From NCBI GenBank assembly GCA_001244265.2, contig CDLV01000007.1, forward strand, positions 2,232,001-2,296,000: a stretch of DNA of 64,000 bases, read 5' to 3'. This DNA is from Microbotryum violaceum. Taxonomy: Eukaryota. Every line of letters begins with the position of its first letter. Position 1 is the stretch's first letter. Both the position numbers and the translations under genes were made by a program. Below are positions 1 through 12,275 of the stretch, piece by piece. A model generated the notes under the pieces. It saw only the letters and a list, made by a program, of their open reading frames with translations, was not told the DNA's origin and did not search any database.

Positions 1-1464
1 CGCAAGGCGGCCAGAGACAGATGAGCGGCTTTTTCGAGACTGGACGAAACGGGGGAGTGTTCGCGCTCGTCCGGTTCTGCGCCTTCTTTCCGTGGTGTAG
101 ACAAATTGGAGGCTTCTTGGTGTCGTGAGATGGTGTCGGGACCTGCGGTTCGATCCCCACGATAATTCATGCGCGGGACCCGGGGCGAGACAAAGCCCGA
201 AGCGGCAGGCCGCTCGTACTGAGCCAGGTTGGGTTTAGTGTCCGGCTCGGAACGATAGTATACCCGGTTCTGTGGCGAACCTTGCGAATGTGATAGTTGC
301 CGAGGGGACGTTGTTGCAGGCGGCACCGAAGGTTGCCGACTTGAGTGGCGGGGCGGTGAAATTGACCGACGCCGAGCGGACACCCCTGTCCGCGGATACG
401 CCGGGCCCGAAGGCTGATAAGAGCGCATGGATTGTGGAGATGTCGGTCGCGAAGGGAAGTTGCGAGCACCTGGTGATTGCTGAACGAACCCACGCTCCCG
501 ATTGTATCCTTCGCGCCAATCGGCCCACGTACGCTCTCGCCGTATCGCATTGACCACCTCCTCTTCGAGTTGCTGGATCCGCAGTGTGAGTTGAGCGTTG
601 AGCTTGCTCAGACGGGTTACTTCGGCTTCACAAGCGGCGAGGTCGGCTTCTTCGGAAGTTCGGCTGGTGCGGAGAAAATAAGCGGAATCGAGGTTTCCAT
701 TGTCAGCACAAGGTCTCAGTTGCGAGGTGCGGCAATCGGAAATGTATGCGCGCTAAGGAAGACGCCGAACAGGGGTGTGGGTCGTGGGTCCGTGGGGTTC
801 GCAAGCCTAGGGCGCACGAGAGCAAACTCCGGCTCGAAACTAGCGTTGGCTCGATTTGGGGGCGCCGCAGGCCGAACTGAGCGCCGTCCTAGCAGGGGAT
901 TAGGTCACCTGAATGGGGTACGACTAGGCGACCCATACCGAAGGTTCACCACAGGTGTCGACCCGAGCTGACCAGCGTGGAGCGTACAAGTTTCCTTTGA
1001 GCGACGTCAAAATGCGAGTTGATATGTCGATCCAGGTGGGACAGCAGCCGAACTTCCAAGGCGGGTGTGGGGCGAGGCGGACCTTGCGATGGTGCGCGGG
1101 AGGTGTCTCAATGACTCGTGAGACTCACCTTGGCCCTGTGCCGGGTGCCCAGGTACAGACGACGCCTCGAGCGGTGCACATGCTGCACTGAGGTGTACGC
1201 GAGCACTTAGCCTTGCGCTTGCGACACTGTGCCAAGGTAGAAGGTAGGGCAGGTGGGGGTTTTGGTCAGCTTCGTCCGCGGTGCGATCGTGCGCCAAGGC
1301 GTGGAGGTTTCGGGCAAACGGACTCCTCGCAACGCGCGTTTGTCGTAGGCGACCGCACGCGCCGGCCACGACGAGCGGAGGGGGGACGTGTACAAGCGTC
1401 GACTCACCGATTCGCAGCTGACATGCCGGCCTTCGCTTGATGGAACGGGTGACTGTCGTGTCAT
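1..1464 (-). CDS. Zn(II)2Cys6 transcription factor, 5' part (runs off window start)
   Basis: Spliced reading gives MTRQSPVPSSEGRHVSCES|CRKRKAKCSRTPQCSMCTARGVVCTW (six-Cys binuclear cluster). After an intron at ~664-1128 comes a coiled coil (EEADLAACEAEVTRLSKLNAQLTLRIQQLEEEV), and the frame stays open toward position 1. Confidence 0.8.
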
Positions 1465-2825
1465 GGTCGTATTCGATCAGACTGAGCGCGTGAATCGAGA
1501 CGGGGTCCTGAGGTGAGGTGGGAAAGAGAGAGGGAAGAGAGCGAGACAGCAGACAACAGGGGAACAGAGAGGAGAGGGCGCGAGACGAGGCGAGGCAAGC
1601 GCGACGACGGCTGAAACCTCCAACAGAGGCCGAACAGCTAAGCCGCGATAACCCGTGTCGTATTTTTCTAACCTGGTGCGCCCGGTCAAGTCCCTCCGTA
1701 GCCCCTACAATAGGACGTGCGTGCTCTCGACGATCGCGTCAGTGCCCCCAGCTCGGCCTTGTCATCGGTTCCCATTTGCTTAGCCGAGAGTCCGACTACC
1801 CCCTGTCCGGCGGTCCTCGGCCCGAGTCACACGCCGATACGCATGCGCCGCGTCCACTAGCCCCCGTAGTACCCCTTGTTACCCCTTGTTGCCCCTTGGT
1901 AATGACACGATCCTGAGATTGAGGTGACGGTCCATCCATCCACTACGGGAAGCCTCGATGCAGAGGGATTGGCTTTCGCGACCTGGCAGCACGGACACGG
2001 TTGCCTCCGCACGGTCCGACGGCCAGCGGCCGGGAGTAGCAGGTCTGTGCGCTGGCTATTGGCTAGCTCTGTGCACGGTGGGCGATCGTACGAACGGCTG
2101 AGGTTGACGACGACGCTCAACGCTGAAACATGACCTCGAGCTGACACATGAGAGCTGCCTTGTGGTCGGCTTCGGTTGATCTACGTCCGGAGCCGAACGG
2201 CGGCGATAACAGCTCGGTAGCACCATCGGCTTGAAGCGAAGTCTATAGCTACGCGTATAAGGTACTGGTGTGGATTCTGTCCGGACGCGTTGGCTATTCT
2301 ACATCCGAGAGCGGTGCTTGGCGTGCGGTTGTTCGGCCGACGCGCAGTGCGCACGCACGTGAGACGCGCGTCATGCGGTACCCGCTCGGCGCTCGAGCAC
2401 GGGAAAGGAGCTTCTGTATTTCCTGGGGTCGCCGCGCAGGTATGACGGGCCGGTCGCCCTCGACGTACTTCCGAGACATTGATCTGCGAACTGATCGAGC
2501 GGAGAACGGTGACCACGTCGTTGACTGCATCGACATCGATTAAGTTGGCCACGAGGGGTTGACCACACTCTCGGCAGCTGACTAAACGCGACCTCCCTTC
2601 ACGAACTGTTCTCAAGATCATTTGTAGTACTTATCAGTCAGCGATGTGCGAATGCCGGACTTTGCAGCTTAGTGTCGGTGTCATACGTAGACCACGGCTA
2701 AACTGTGTCCCACAGCAACTTCCGCCCAAAATGCTCACTTAACAGTGTGCGAACCCATTCTCGTGATGAATATCCTAGATGTTCAATTGCCCAAACGATC
2801 AATCATACTCGTAGCCGTACTCTCA

Positions 2826-5335
2826 TCACAGCTTGCCCTTCTTCGCCTTTGCCTCTTTTGCATGCAGAATCCGGACTGCCAGTGTGCGCGTAGTTATCCG
2901 AATCAGCGACCTGTTCACCGAACTAGCGGCGTGCTAGCCGCAGGCTGACAAGACTCACAATCTTTTCGAAGAAGTTTACCACTCGCAGTTTCTGTGGAGC
3001 ACGCCGGGTAGCGAGGGCGGGTCAGTATCTCAAACGGGCGGTGGTCTCGGCCCGAGGAGGAAACACACTCGGGATCGAAGGCAAGAAAGCCACTTCGGCC
3101 AAATGCTTGTACTTGATCTTTGTTATCCGCGACAACCTTTTTGATGCTAGCAATGTACTCGTCCGCAAGGTTGGGGTCCTTGGCTAGCTTCACTTGTTCG
3201 GTCGGGGGAAGAGCGACAAATGCCTTGGGTTTCTCGCCGGTATAGTCATCCGGGATGCCGATGACGGCGCAATCGTTGACGAGCGGGTGGTCCAAGAGGA
3301 ACCCTTGGTGCGACCTGATTACCGCTCACTGTGCAATCCGGGAGAGCATTACAGGTCAGCTTCGCCATCCTCGACCAGACTACTCGCGAAACTGGGTCGC
3401 GCGACGAACCTTTGATCAACTCCTTGATGCGGTCAACGACAAACATGTGTCCGCTGTCATCGATGTAGCATTCGTCTCCGGTGTGGAGGAAACCTTCCTC
3501 GTCCCAAGTTTCTTTCGTCGCCTTCTCGTTCGCCAAATACCCGATCGCATTCGAAGGCGAGCGCGACCACAGCTCGCCCACGCCTCCAGGTGGCAAATTC
3601 TTCCCCTCGGGCGACACGATCTTGACCCTAGATTGTTACGGGAAAATTTGTCAGTACAGGGAAATCGGAGTCATGTGAACGCGGGAAGAAGCGATTTACG
3701 CGATGCTGGGGAAGACCAAACCGGCCGAATGGCCAGGCGAGCCGCCTGCGACGTCAAGCTTGGTGATGATCGTGCATGACTCGGTGGCACCGTAGCCCTG
3801 GCCAGCCCGGACCTTGGGAAATTTGCGCGAGAAAAGTTGAAAAATCTCGATCGTCAAGGGTGCCGCGCCGGCCATATAAATGCGAACGCTCGAGAGGTCG
3901 AATTTCTGCTCGAAAGGTGTCCGGACGCACGATGGTCACACTCGTGAGTCGGATGCCCCTTACTTGTCAGGTATTCTGGCTCACCTTTGTGGTATCGTTC
4001 TTGGCGAGGAGGATCATGATCGGAGGGACGACGTAGAGCGACGTAATCTTGTACTTCTGGGTTGAGCCGAGGAACGACTCGAGCCCGAATCTGATCGAAG
4101 ATTGAACAGGCCCAACAAGTCAATCAAAAGTAGCTTCATGTAGTCCCATAAAAGAGAAGAGCTTACTTGGGGATGACGCAGACGGGGGTGTTATTGTAGA
4201 CACTGATGTGTAGGACGACGACCTGTGAAGAATAATGCGCAGTACAGCGGTTAGTACATAAGGAAAACGAGCAGAGCAGCAAAACACACCAGACCATAAA
4301 TATGGAAGACTAAGTTAAAGATCGAGGGGCGTTTCAGTACATGAGTGAGCTTCAACCGTATTCCCCTCCGGGACTCGAGGACACTCACAAGGCAAAATCC
4401 CAGCGATGACATCCCCCTTCTTGGTCTTGGCATCGTACCGAGTGAATGGACGCTTGCTCCAATGCACGGTCGATTGCAGTACGTTTGCAATCAAGCACCG
4501 ATGAGGGATCTCCACGGCCTTGGGCAAACCGGTCGTTCCGAACTGAACGAAAGGAACGCCAACCCCTGGGGTTTCAACCTGGGCAAAGGGGGTAGTTCGA
4601 CCCCACGGCCTTCTCGGGCGATATCGTCCAGCGTCGGGAACTTGCGAGCGAGGTTTTTGATGTTGTCGCTCGAGGAGGCGTAGGCCTCTCGAATGAGGAT
4701 GACGTTCGATTCGAGGAGGCCACCTTTCTTGCATGCTTCCAAGGTGTCGGCCAGACTTTCGGGAGACGCGAGGACGAGCTTGACGGGATGGTATTTGTGG
4801 ACCATGCTCAATTGGTAGGCGAGCTCACCCGCGGTGTAGCTGGGGTTTGCGCAGGAGACGATCCCGCCGAGTCGGAAGGTCGCCCATACGCCGGTCGCAT
4901 AGTCGACCTGCTCGGAGTCCGAGGGGGGAAGCAGCGGCAAACAGACATTCAAGCCAGCACTCGGGAAAGCGGTTCAAGGATGAGATACCTCCCCGTGAAT
5001 AGGAAAGCAAGATGACAGAAGCCTGGGTACCAACTTACCTCGTTAGGACTGAAGATCACCACTGTATTTCCCTCCTCCAACCCTCTCTTCTTGAACCCCT
5101 TGGCGATATCCAACGTCCTCTGATGCGCCTGTTCGTAGGTCAACGTCTTGCCCGTCACACTATCGATCAACCAGACCGAATCTTCCCTTTGGTTCCTTTG
5201 GACCGCTCCCGGCCCAACGGGTTTGAAGACGGGACCGAAGAGGAAGTCGTAGATGGAGATGGTGTCGAGATTGGGCGGGAGCGGAGCATCGGGGAGGGCA
5301 CTGGTGTAGATGCCGGTTTGGGCGTTGTAAGGCAT
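2826..5335 (-). CDS. 4-coumarate:CoA ligase-like AMP-dependent acyl-CoA synthetase, multi-exon, probably peroxisomal
   Basis: Motifs FLSFSS-GTTGLPKAV, GELWSRSPSNAIGY, GFLHTGD, VDRIKELIK and TASGKLLRK. The last exon ends ...AKAKKGKL*, a PTS1-like tripeptide. Confidence 0.9.
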
Positions 5336-5664
5336 GGCTATAAAGCGTTTGGGTAGGTTTCAAAGCTCAGCGGGGTGAGATGATCTGTCCGAGCAGGCGG
5401 AGGGCGGGAAAAAGAGGTGATGGGCACTAGAGGAAGATCGGCGTGCCAAGTCTGTGGGGCTCAGCTTGCTGCTTGATGTGGGGAAGTCGCTCTTCCCCGA
5501 GGGGCCGGGGAGCTTCCGGGGCTGCGCCGGGGGAAAGACGGCCACGGCAAGACCGAGACTTCACGGATCTACGTTCTAACTTCTCTCGGCCTCCATTCAT
5601 ATCAAAACCGAGAGGTACTCGGTCCAATTGCACTTGGAACATTGCATCTGACCCCAACCCCTTT

Positions 5665-8600
5665 CTACCTCTTCTCAATTTCCCCCAACACGACCTTACA
5701 CCTCGCCTCCTCGACGCGCTGACCTGCTTCCTTAGCCAGTCTCTTCACCTCGCTTGAGGTCGCCGACGAGAGCTCTTTCGCGAGAGGAGAGTAAAGCTGT
5801 CGAGGGCATGGGTGCAACAGTGTGTCGTTCAGTTGTTTTATTCGTCCTGAAAATGGGCCTGTCAAAGTACTCACGAGGTTTCCCAAACCGATCAGACTGC
5901 GGTAGATCGTCTCGCCATCCGAATCCCGTAAGAGCTATCGTATCCAAGCAGATCGGACAAAGATTCTCAGTTGAAAGTCACATTTAGTGCACGCTGCGTG
6001 GGATCTTAGAACTGGCACTCACGGCCGTGATCAAGTTGAGGAGCGGTTGTGTAGCCACACTTGAAAGGGTCCTTTCGACGGCAAAGATGGAGTAGCTGTT
6101 GCAAGCGTAGCATAGACTTGCGACTCAGTAAACGACCAGCCTCAACCGAAGGGGCCTATTAGCTTGAACTCACTTGAGCGCGACCGTGGCCAGCGCGATC
6201 TTGCCATTCTTGCTCAATCCATTCAAAGCACGCTGCGTCAGCGTCAACAGAATCTGTTCATCAAGCAGAAAGATGAAAATCAGTCCACGATTCTAACCAC
6301 CCGAATTAAATTTGATCCCTTCTCGGAAGCACGCCACGCTCACCTCTACAGCTTGATCCCTCATCACCTCCTTCCCCTTCTGCGGCAAAAAAGAATTGGC
6401 CAAGGCGCGATACCCCAACATTGTATTCGTCTCTTGTTCCTTCACAGGTCCGGACGAATCCCTGATCGTGTCCAACACGTTCGGCAAGGCCTCTACGAGA
6501 GGTGTTGAGAGGCTGACGAGACGGACGAGGTCCAGACCTGGGAATCGTTGCGCCGAAGGCCATGATAGCAATTTGAGGATGACGGCTTGTTCGGCTTCTC
6601 CGATCGGTTGACTCGGCTTAGGGGACCCAAGAGCAACGAGGAGGTATGCGATGAGGTTGTCTAATGAGGTCAATTCGGTCGAAGAGAGGGCTTTGGAGGA
6701 GGTAGTTCCATCAGCGGCAATTTGGTCGTTTAGCTGTCCGAGTTTGGAACGAAGGGCCGCGAGGTTGGCTTGAGGGAAGGTCAAAAACGAACGATGAGGG
6801 AGCAAAGTCGGCGTCGTGGCGTCCACAGCAGGCATGGTTCTTCCTCCACCGGTGTAAGGATCTCCCGAAAACCCTCCTGACAAAGCAGCACCACCCGATC
6901 CGGATCCCGTCGCGACCCCACCTCCAGTATACCTCGATGCCCCCGTATAAGGATCGACGTACTCGTTCGTCCCCTGGCCCAACGTAGCAGCCGGTCCAAT
7001 ATTCTTATCAATGAACGCAACGACCTGTTCGGTGTATTCCAACGGCAACTCGTGCTTGATCAAGAATTTTTGCGCCGCGTCATAGGCGTTTTGACCATTG
7101 TTGTAAGGGAGTTTGAGTTTGGGTGCGCCGTCGGCAAAGTCGACGTCAAAGACATAGTCGTATTCGACACCTTCGTACATTTGTTTTTGGGCTTGCGAGA
7201 CACCACCGGTGACTTCGCCGATCTTGGTCCAAGTGCCAGTCGCATTGGACCACTGTTTACATGAAGATGACTGAGGATCAGTCTTGATCAACCCCAGCGA
7301 ATCTGTTTGGCCACTTACCGAATGAGCTTCGACCGTTCCATTGGGTGCTTTAACCATGATGACTTGACCATCCTTGCGCCCAGGCGAGCCCAACGCTTCC
7401 AATCCCGGCAGGTTGTCCTTTTCGATGTCCCCAATCTGGGAGCTGAAGCGGCAAGTCAAAGCAGAACCCCATCAGCTTCTTCACCACCTTGGGCAGAGAT
7501 TCTTAAAACTATATAATAAAAAACGTGGTCGAGACAAACCACGTAGACAAACCACGTGGCGTGACGTCATGGCGCGCGGAGCGCGCCGCCGCACTAGTTC
7601 TTTAGAAATATACGTACGAGTTGACAGCGGCTTTCGAAACAGCATCGTCAAAGCTCTGCGAAGAACGTCGACCCAGTCAGTGAGAGTTACAGGCCAGAGA
7701 AGATCACCAAAGAGCCCCGCGGGTCCTCCTGACTTTGAGCGTCTCCGCGTCCGCGACGCGTTCTTCATTCCGTGTGAAAACTCGAACGAGTCCATCCGAG
7801 GAACCAGCAGCGATGTCACCATCGGGGAGTACTTTGACGGTCCAGACTGCGCACAAAGGCAGATCAAAGCCGGGTTCAACCACGGCTCAAGGGAGTGAAC
7901 GAACGCACCGCGGCAGGAGCTCACCTGATACAGCAGGGATGACGATTGTTTGCTCGCAGTGCCCATCAGTTGCTGTAAGCCATCCTCGCTAAGATCAGCA
8001 CAATGCGATACCTCATCGTACTCTGAGCTGATCCTGAGAAAGGGCCCACCTCTCCAGATCCTCATCGTTCGATCCTCCCCACCGCTGATCAAGCCTCCTC
8101 CAACCTCATCAGGGATGGGGGACAGCGAGTAAATGAAGGAATCATGACCGTAAAGGGTATGGACGGTTTCTCCGGACGTGAGGGACCATAAGCGGATCGA
8201 ACTGCGGCCGATCGGGAATGCGTCAGATCTCCTCGACCTCTAAAGCACAGTTCTAGTTTTTACTCACGCATCATTGCCCGCACTAGCGAACAGATCGCCT
8301 CCTCCCGTCGTCGAGCTCAAGCGTGCCAACGCACGGACAGCTTGCGTATGTCCTCGGTACGTTCGGATCGCTGTCGATCCCTTCCATAGTTTGACGAGGT
8401 TGTCCGCGGCGCCTGGAATCCAGAAATGAAGTCGCTTCACCTCATAAAACGATGACATTCCCGATCAGAGAGCGCTTGTCACTAACCGGTCAAGACGAGA
8501 TCATCCCCGTCTCCTTCGAGGGCCAACACGGCCCAAACGGACTGCTCGTGGCCCTGCAACGTGTACGCCAATTGAAAATCCTTCCACACCTTGGCTGTCC

Positions 8601-9439
8601 TGTTTTCGCGCGTGATTCCAAACGTCGAAGGATCAACAATTCGGCCCTGCCAAGATGTGAAGTCTTTTGCTCAAAGACTTACTTGTCCCAACTGCCACTG
8701 ATCAACCTCTTGCCATCATCCGAAGCGGCCAAGGCGCAGACGTTATTCTCATGACCGATCAAAGTGAACTCGGGACTGAGCTCTTTCGAGGTGGTCGAGC
8801 GGTTGGAAGAGGAAGGTAGGGGCCATACGTGGATGAGTTTGTCTTGGCCTGCTGTGGCGAGGTAGTCTGTTGCAAAGGGAGGGACGATGATCCTTGGTTT
8901 AGTCAGTCTTGAACGGTGTAACACCCCGCCCACCCTCGTCTCGAGAGCGATCACGTCGAGCCAATGCATCCTTGAACTGACCCCTGCCATCAAGCTTGAA
9001 CCACTGCACAGCATTAACGAACCCCTGATGATGTCCCTCGAACACAACACCCTCTTTCCACGGACCTCCGTTCCCCGTTTCCGTCGAGGTCTCGGTCGAT
9101 GACGACTCGACTTGCATCCCTTCGGTTGAAGAGGAAGTACGCGTCCATGATCGGGCTGTACCGTCCCGGGAGGAGGAGACGAGGGTTGTACAGGGGTTGG
9201 TGGAAGTGGTGCTAGTTAGGGAGCGGACTGGGTAGTGTGGATCGAGAGGCGTTCGTTCGGTAGATCCAAGTGGGGGGCCGGGGGGGGGGGGGAAGAACAG
9301 CGGAGGGAAGTGGGTTGAGCGGAGTCAGCTGTCAATCTCATGTAGCAAGAGCCCTGGTTTTCCGTTGTTGAAACTTGCCATCTTGTGAATGCCCAGCCAA
9401 CGTAGCCGACAGGCGAAACGGCTTCGACTCGGACGACAT
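5665..9439 (-). CDS. DOA1: Doa1/Ufd3/PLAA ubiquitin-homeostasis protein (WD40-PFU-PUL)
   Basis: N-terminus MSSESKPFRLSATLAGHSQDVR. WD40 repeats (LIGHENNVCAL..LISGSWDK; YRGHTQAVRALA). PFU domain YEGVEYDYVFDVDFADGAPKLKLPYN..NAYDAAQKFL. PUL domain WPSAQRFPGLDLVRL. Confidence 0.93.
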
Positions 9440-9740
9440 TGCCAATCAGCCGCTCGAGTACAGGTCAGGTCGAACGACTGGAGTAACGAGTTCGCAGCGA
9501 GGAGTGAGGAAGAACTGCAAAGAAGCGGCCAACGTGGGTCGGTGACGTGAGGTGGACTGGTTGTGCGAGTACGGTTGGTCGGAAGAGCGAGCCAGAACGG
9601 GCACCCCGGCGATCCGACGTGTCGTCGTCAGCTTTCTCGAGCCGGCAACTTGAGACGTCATTCATCTTTCCCCACCCGTGCGCACAAGTTCACACCACCA
9701 AAAAAGAATTTTCTATCGTTCCAAAAACTTCTAGTTTTAT

Positions 9741-11551
9741 TCATTCCTTTTTAACAACAACGACCACGACGCACACGTCATCGATTTTGCCCCCTCTCAA
9801 ATCTTTGTAGCCGTACCGTCTTGCTTCAACCTCAAACGGCGAGATTTTGTTCTCCTAGCCATCATCCACACGAGAAGGGAACCATCAGCTTGCATTTGGC
9901 CATGAGGCTTTTGGAGTTCCCAAGTTCGTACGTAACTGACCTTGAAAGCGCAAGTGTTTGCAAAGTTGACGCACGCGTTGGCTAAACCTTGCGCAAAAGT
10001 CATCGGAACCTTGTTAGGACCTGCATCTTTGGCCGAATCTTCATTCGAACCAAAAGGAGAAAGTTCGTGTTCGTGTTCTTGAACGAGTGCGACAAGTTGT
10101 TCGAGTTCATTCGGCCATACGTTATCGCTGAACCCATCGGTCGCCAAGACGAGGATATCACCGTCCCTGATGTGCGAGATGCCAAAGCCAAGAAGATCTC
10201 AGACTTCACACTCGAACCATCAAACACCAAGAAAGGAAACCCTGCTCACTGTAAAACCGTCTGGTACAAATCCGCCCCTTCGGGCAGAGAGATCAACGCG
10301 TGCTTGTTGTGCATCCATTTTGGCCTTTTGGACAACTGCTTCGGCGCGTTGAAGAAGTGGGTTTGCGAGGCTTGCAGGTACACGACTTTATGCGTCAAGA
10401 GAGATGAAATGTCAATGTTTTCTGAGGTTGGTGGAGATGGCAAGGAAGGGCTTGTTGTTGGAGCTGGAGTGGGTGACGTGGGTTGTTTCCTTCGCAGGAG
10501 CAAAAAAGTGGAGTCGCCGAGACTGCGAGGGTGACAAAAAAGGTGACAATTCAGCCAACGGTGACAGAATTGATAGATTTTTGCCTCTTTTGCACTCACT
10601 TGGCGGCTCGTACATTCCCAGCTTCGGCGTCGAAGGAAACGACACAAGCGGTACTGGAACCTGGGAGAGTGGGATCGCTCTTCGTCAGCTATGGTCCGCA
10701 AATCCTTCAACTCGGTTGTCGACGCCTCAACTCGTGTTGCTTACCTGCAAGCACTCCCTTTTCTTGCGAAAGAGCGGCATACGCATTCTGAATTACCCTT
10801 AGCGGATCCTTGTGCCCATTTTGAGCGACCTCTTGTCGACAGAACCACATCAATGTCTGCGCTCCGCAGGGGTAAGTAAGGGACAGTGCAAATGTGCCTA
10901 GGCCCGCTTGGCGCACATAACCCCTTTTTCAAATGCCAAACTTGCCTGAGCAAATAGACTCGGATCGACGCCTAAATCGATCCAACCTCCCACCCCGTCC
11001 GCAACGCCAATGACCAAATCCTTTTTCGCTGAAGCGGATGATGAGCTACCCTCCAAAGCGTCCGTCGGTCTTTGAACCTCTTGGACAAAGAACCAATCAT
11101 GCCCCGGCGCACCACAGGGGGAGCGACTCCATACCGCATCCCTCCATACCATAGCCGGATGATGGGCGTCCAACCCTTGTTGTAAACGCGGTGTGGCGCT
11201 ACGGTCCCTCCAATCGGGTCGGGTGAAGGTCGATTGATCTAAGGCTTGGTCTGAAACGGACGAGGATGGGTCGCTGTCTAGACCTTGGTCGGTCGAGGAT
11301 CCATGTGCTGGGCTCGAGGTGAGACCGTCGGTTCCTCGGGAGAAAAACGTCGGTGAATCAGGTTTGCCTTTGAACGCATACGCCGTTTCGAAACGATAGC
11401 GTCGCACCGCACGCGAAGGAACGAAGGCGGATCCAAGTGGGGTAGAGGAGAAGGGACGAGATCGGGACACGACAATGGACGATTGCGAGATGAGATTTGT
11501 GAGCCGATGCACGATCGAGGCTGACGACGATCGGGTTGATCGGAGGAGCAT
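9741..11551 (-). CDS. PTC7: PTC7-type PP2C protein phosphatase, mitochondrial presequence-like N-terminus
   Basis: GVADGVGGWIDLGVDPSLFAQA, QTHFFNAPKQLSK, ATDGFSDNVW and C-terminal GGKIDDVCVVVVVVKKE*. The N-terminus is Arg/Ser-rich. Confidence 0.9.
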
Positions 11552-12275
11552 GGTGTGGAAGGGCTCCCTGGGTCCCGGTGAGTCGATATGCGAGGAGAAT
11601 GAGCGCCTGCGAAGAAGGGAAAGGAGAGCGGGAGGGGTGCCTATTACCCCACGGGTCCGATTTCGGCTTCGGTGTCGGCATCGGCTCCGCGTGCGCAGGA
11701 GGCTGTAGTGCGCAGGGCGATCACTCTGTCTCGATCACTCTGGAGAAAGCACCCTGATGACATTTCTGATGGCAGCAGTGCACCTCCTCCTCTGCTCCCT
11801 CACGACGCACGCTCGACTGAAGCCACTACGCCGCGCTCAAAAGCTGAGGAGCACTGCGGTGGCAGAGTCAGGGTGACCAAACCACGTGATACGCTAGGCG
11901 CGGAAGCTTCCTCTGCTCTCCGGGATCCCCGCTCTCGCAACGGATCACACCACGAAGACATCTGGCGCATCGGTTCTGTACGATCATCGTACCTGTCCGT
12001 CCCCTGCGGACCATCACCGACTGATCATCTTGCCATCGACCCGCGACTCCAGGGAGCAGAAACCTTCATCTACTCCACCCCAGTCACCTGCCAAGTGCCC
12101 CCACGAACGGCTCCTCGATCTCTCGCTCACGATCACGCTCACGATCACGTCCGGAAGCCCCTATCGGTCACCTACGAGTCCATTTACGACGAGCCACTAC
12201 AGCAGACCTAGCTCTACCTTTTCTCTGTTGCCAAAGCAATTAGTCACGTAGATCGTTCCGGATCATACCGACACG

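Noticed and set aside
1500-2700. Several 60-146 aa ORFs upstream of the first Zn2Cys6 gene
   Set aside because: No recognisable domains. Likely a long promoter/5' UTR region.
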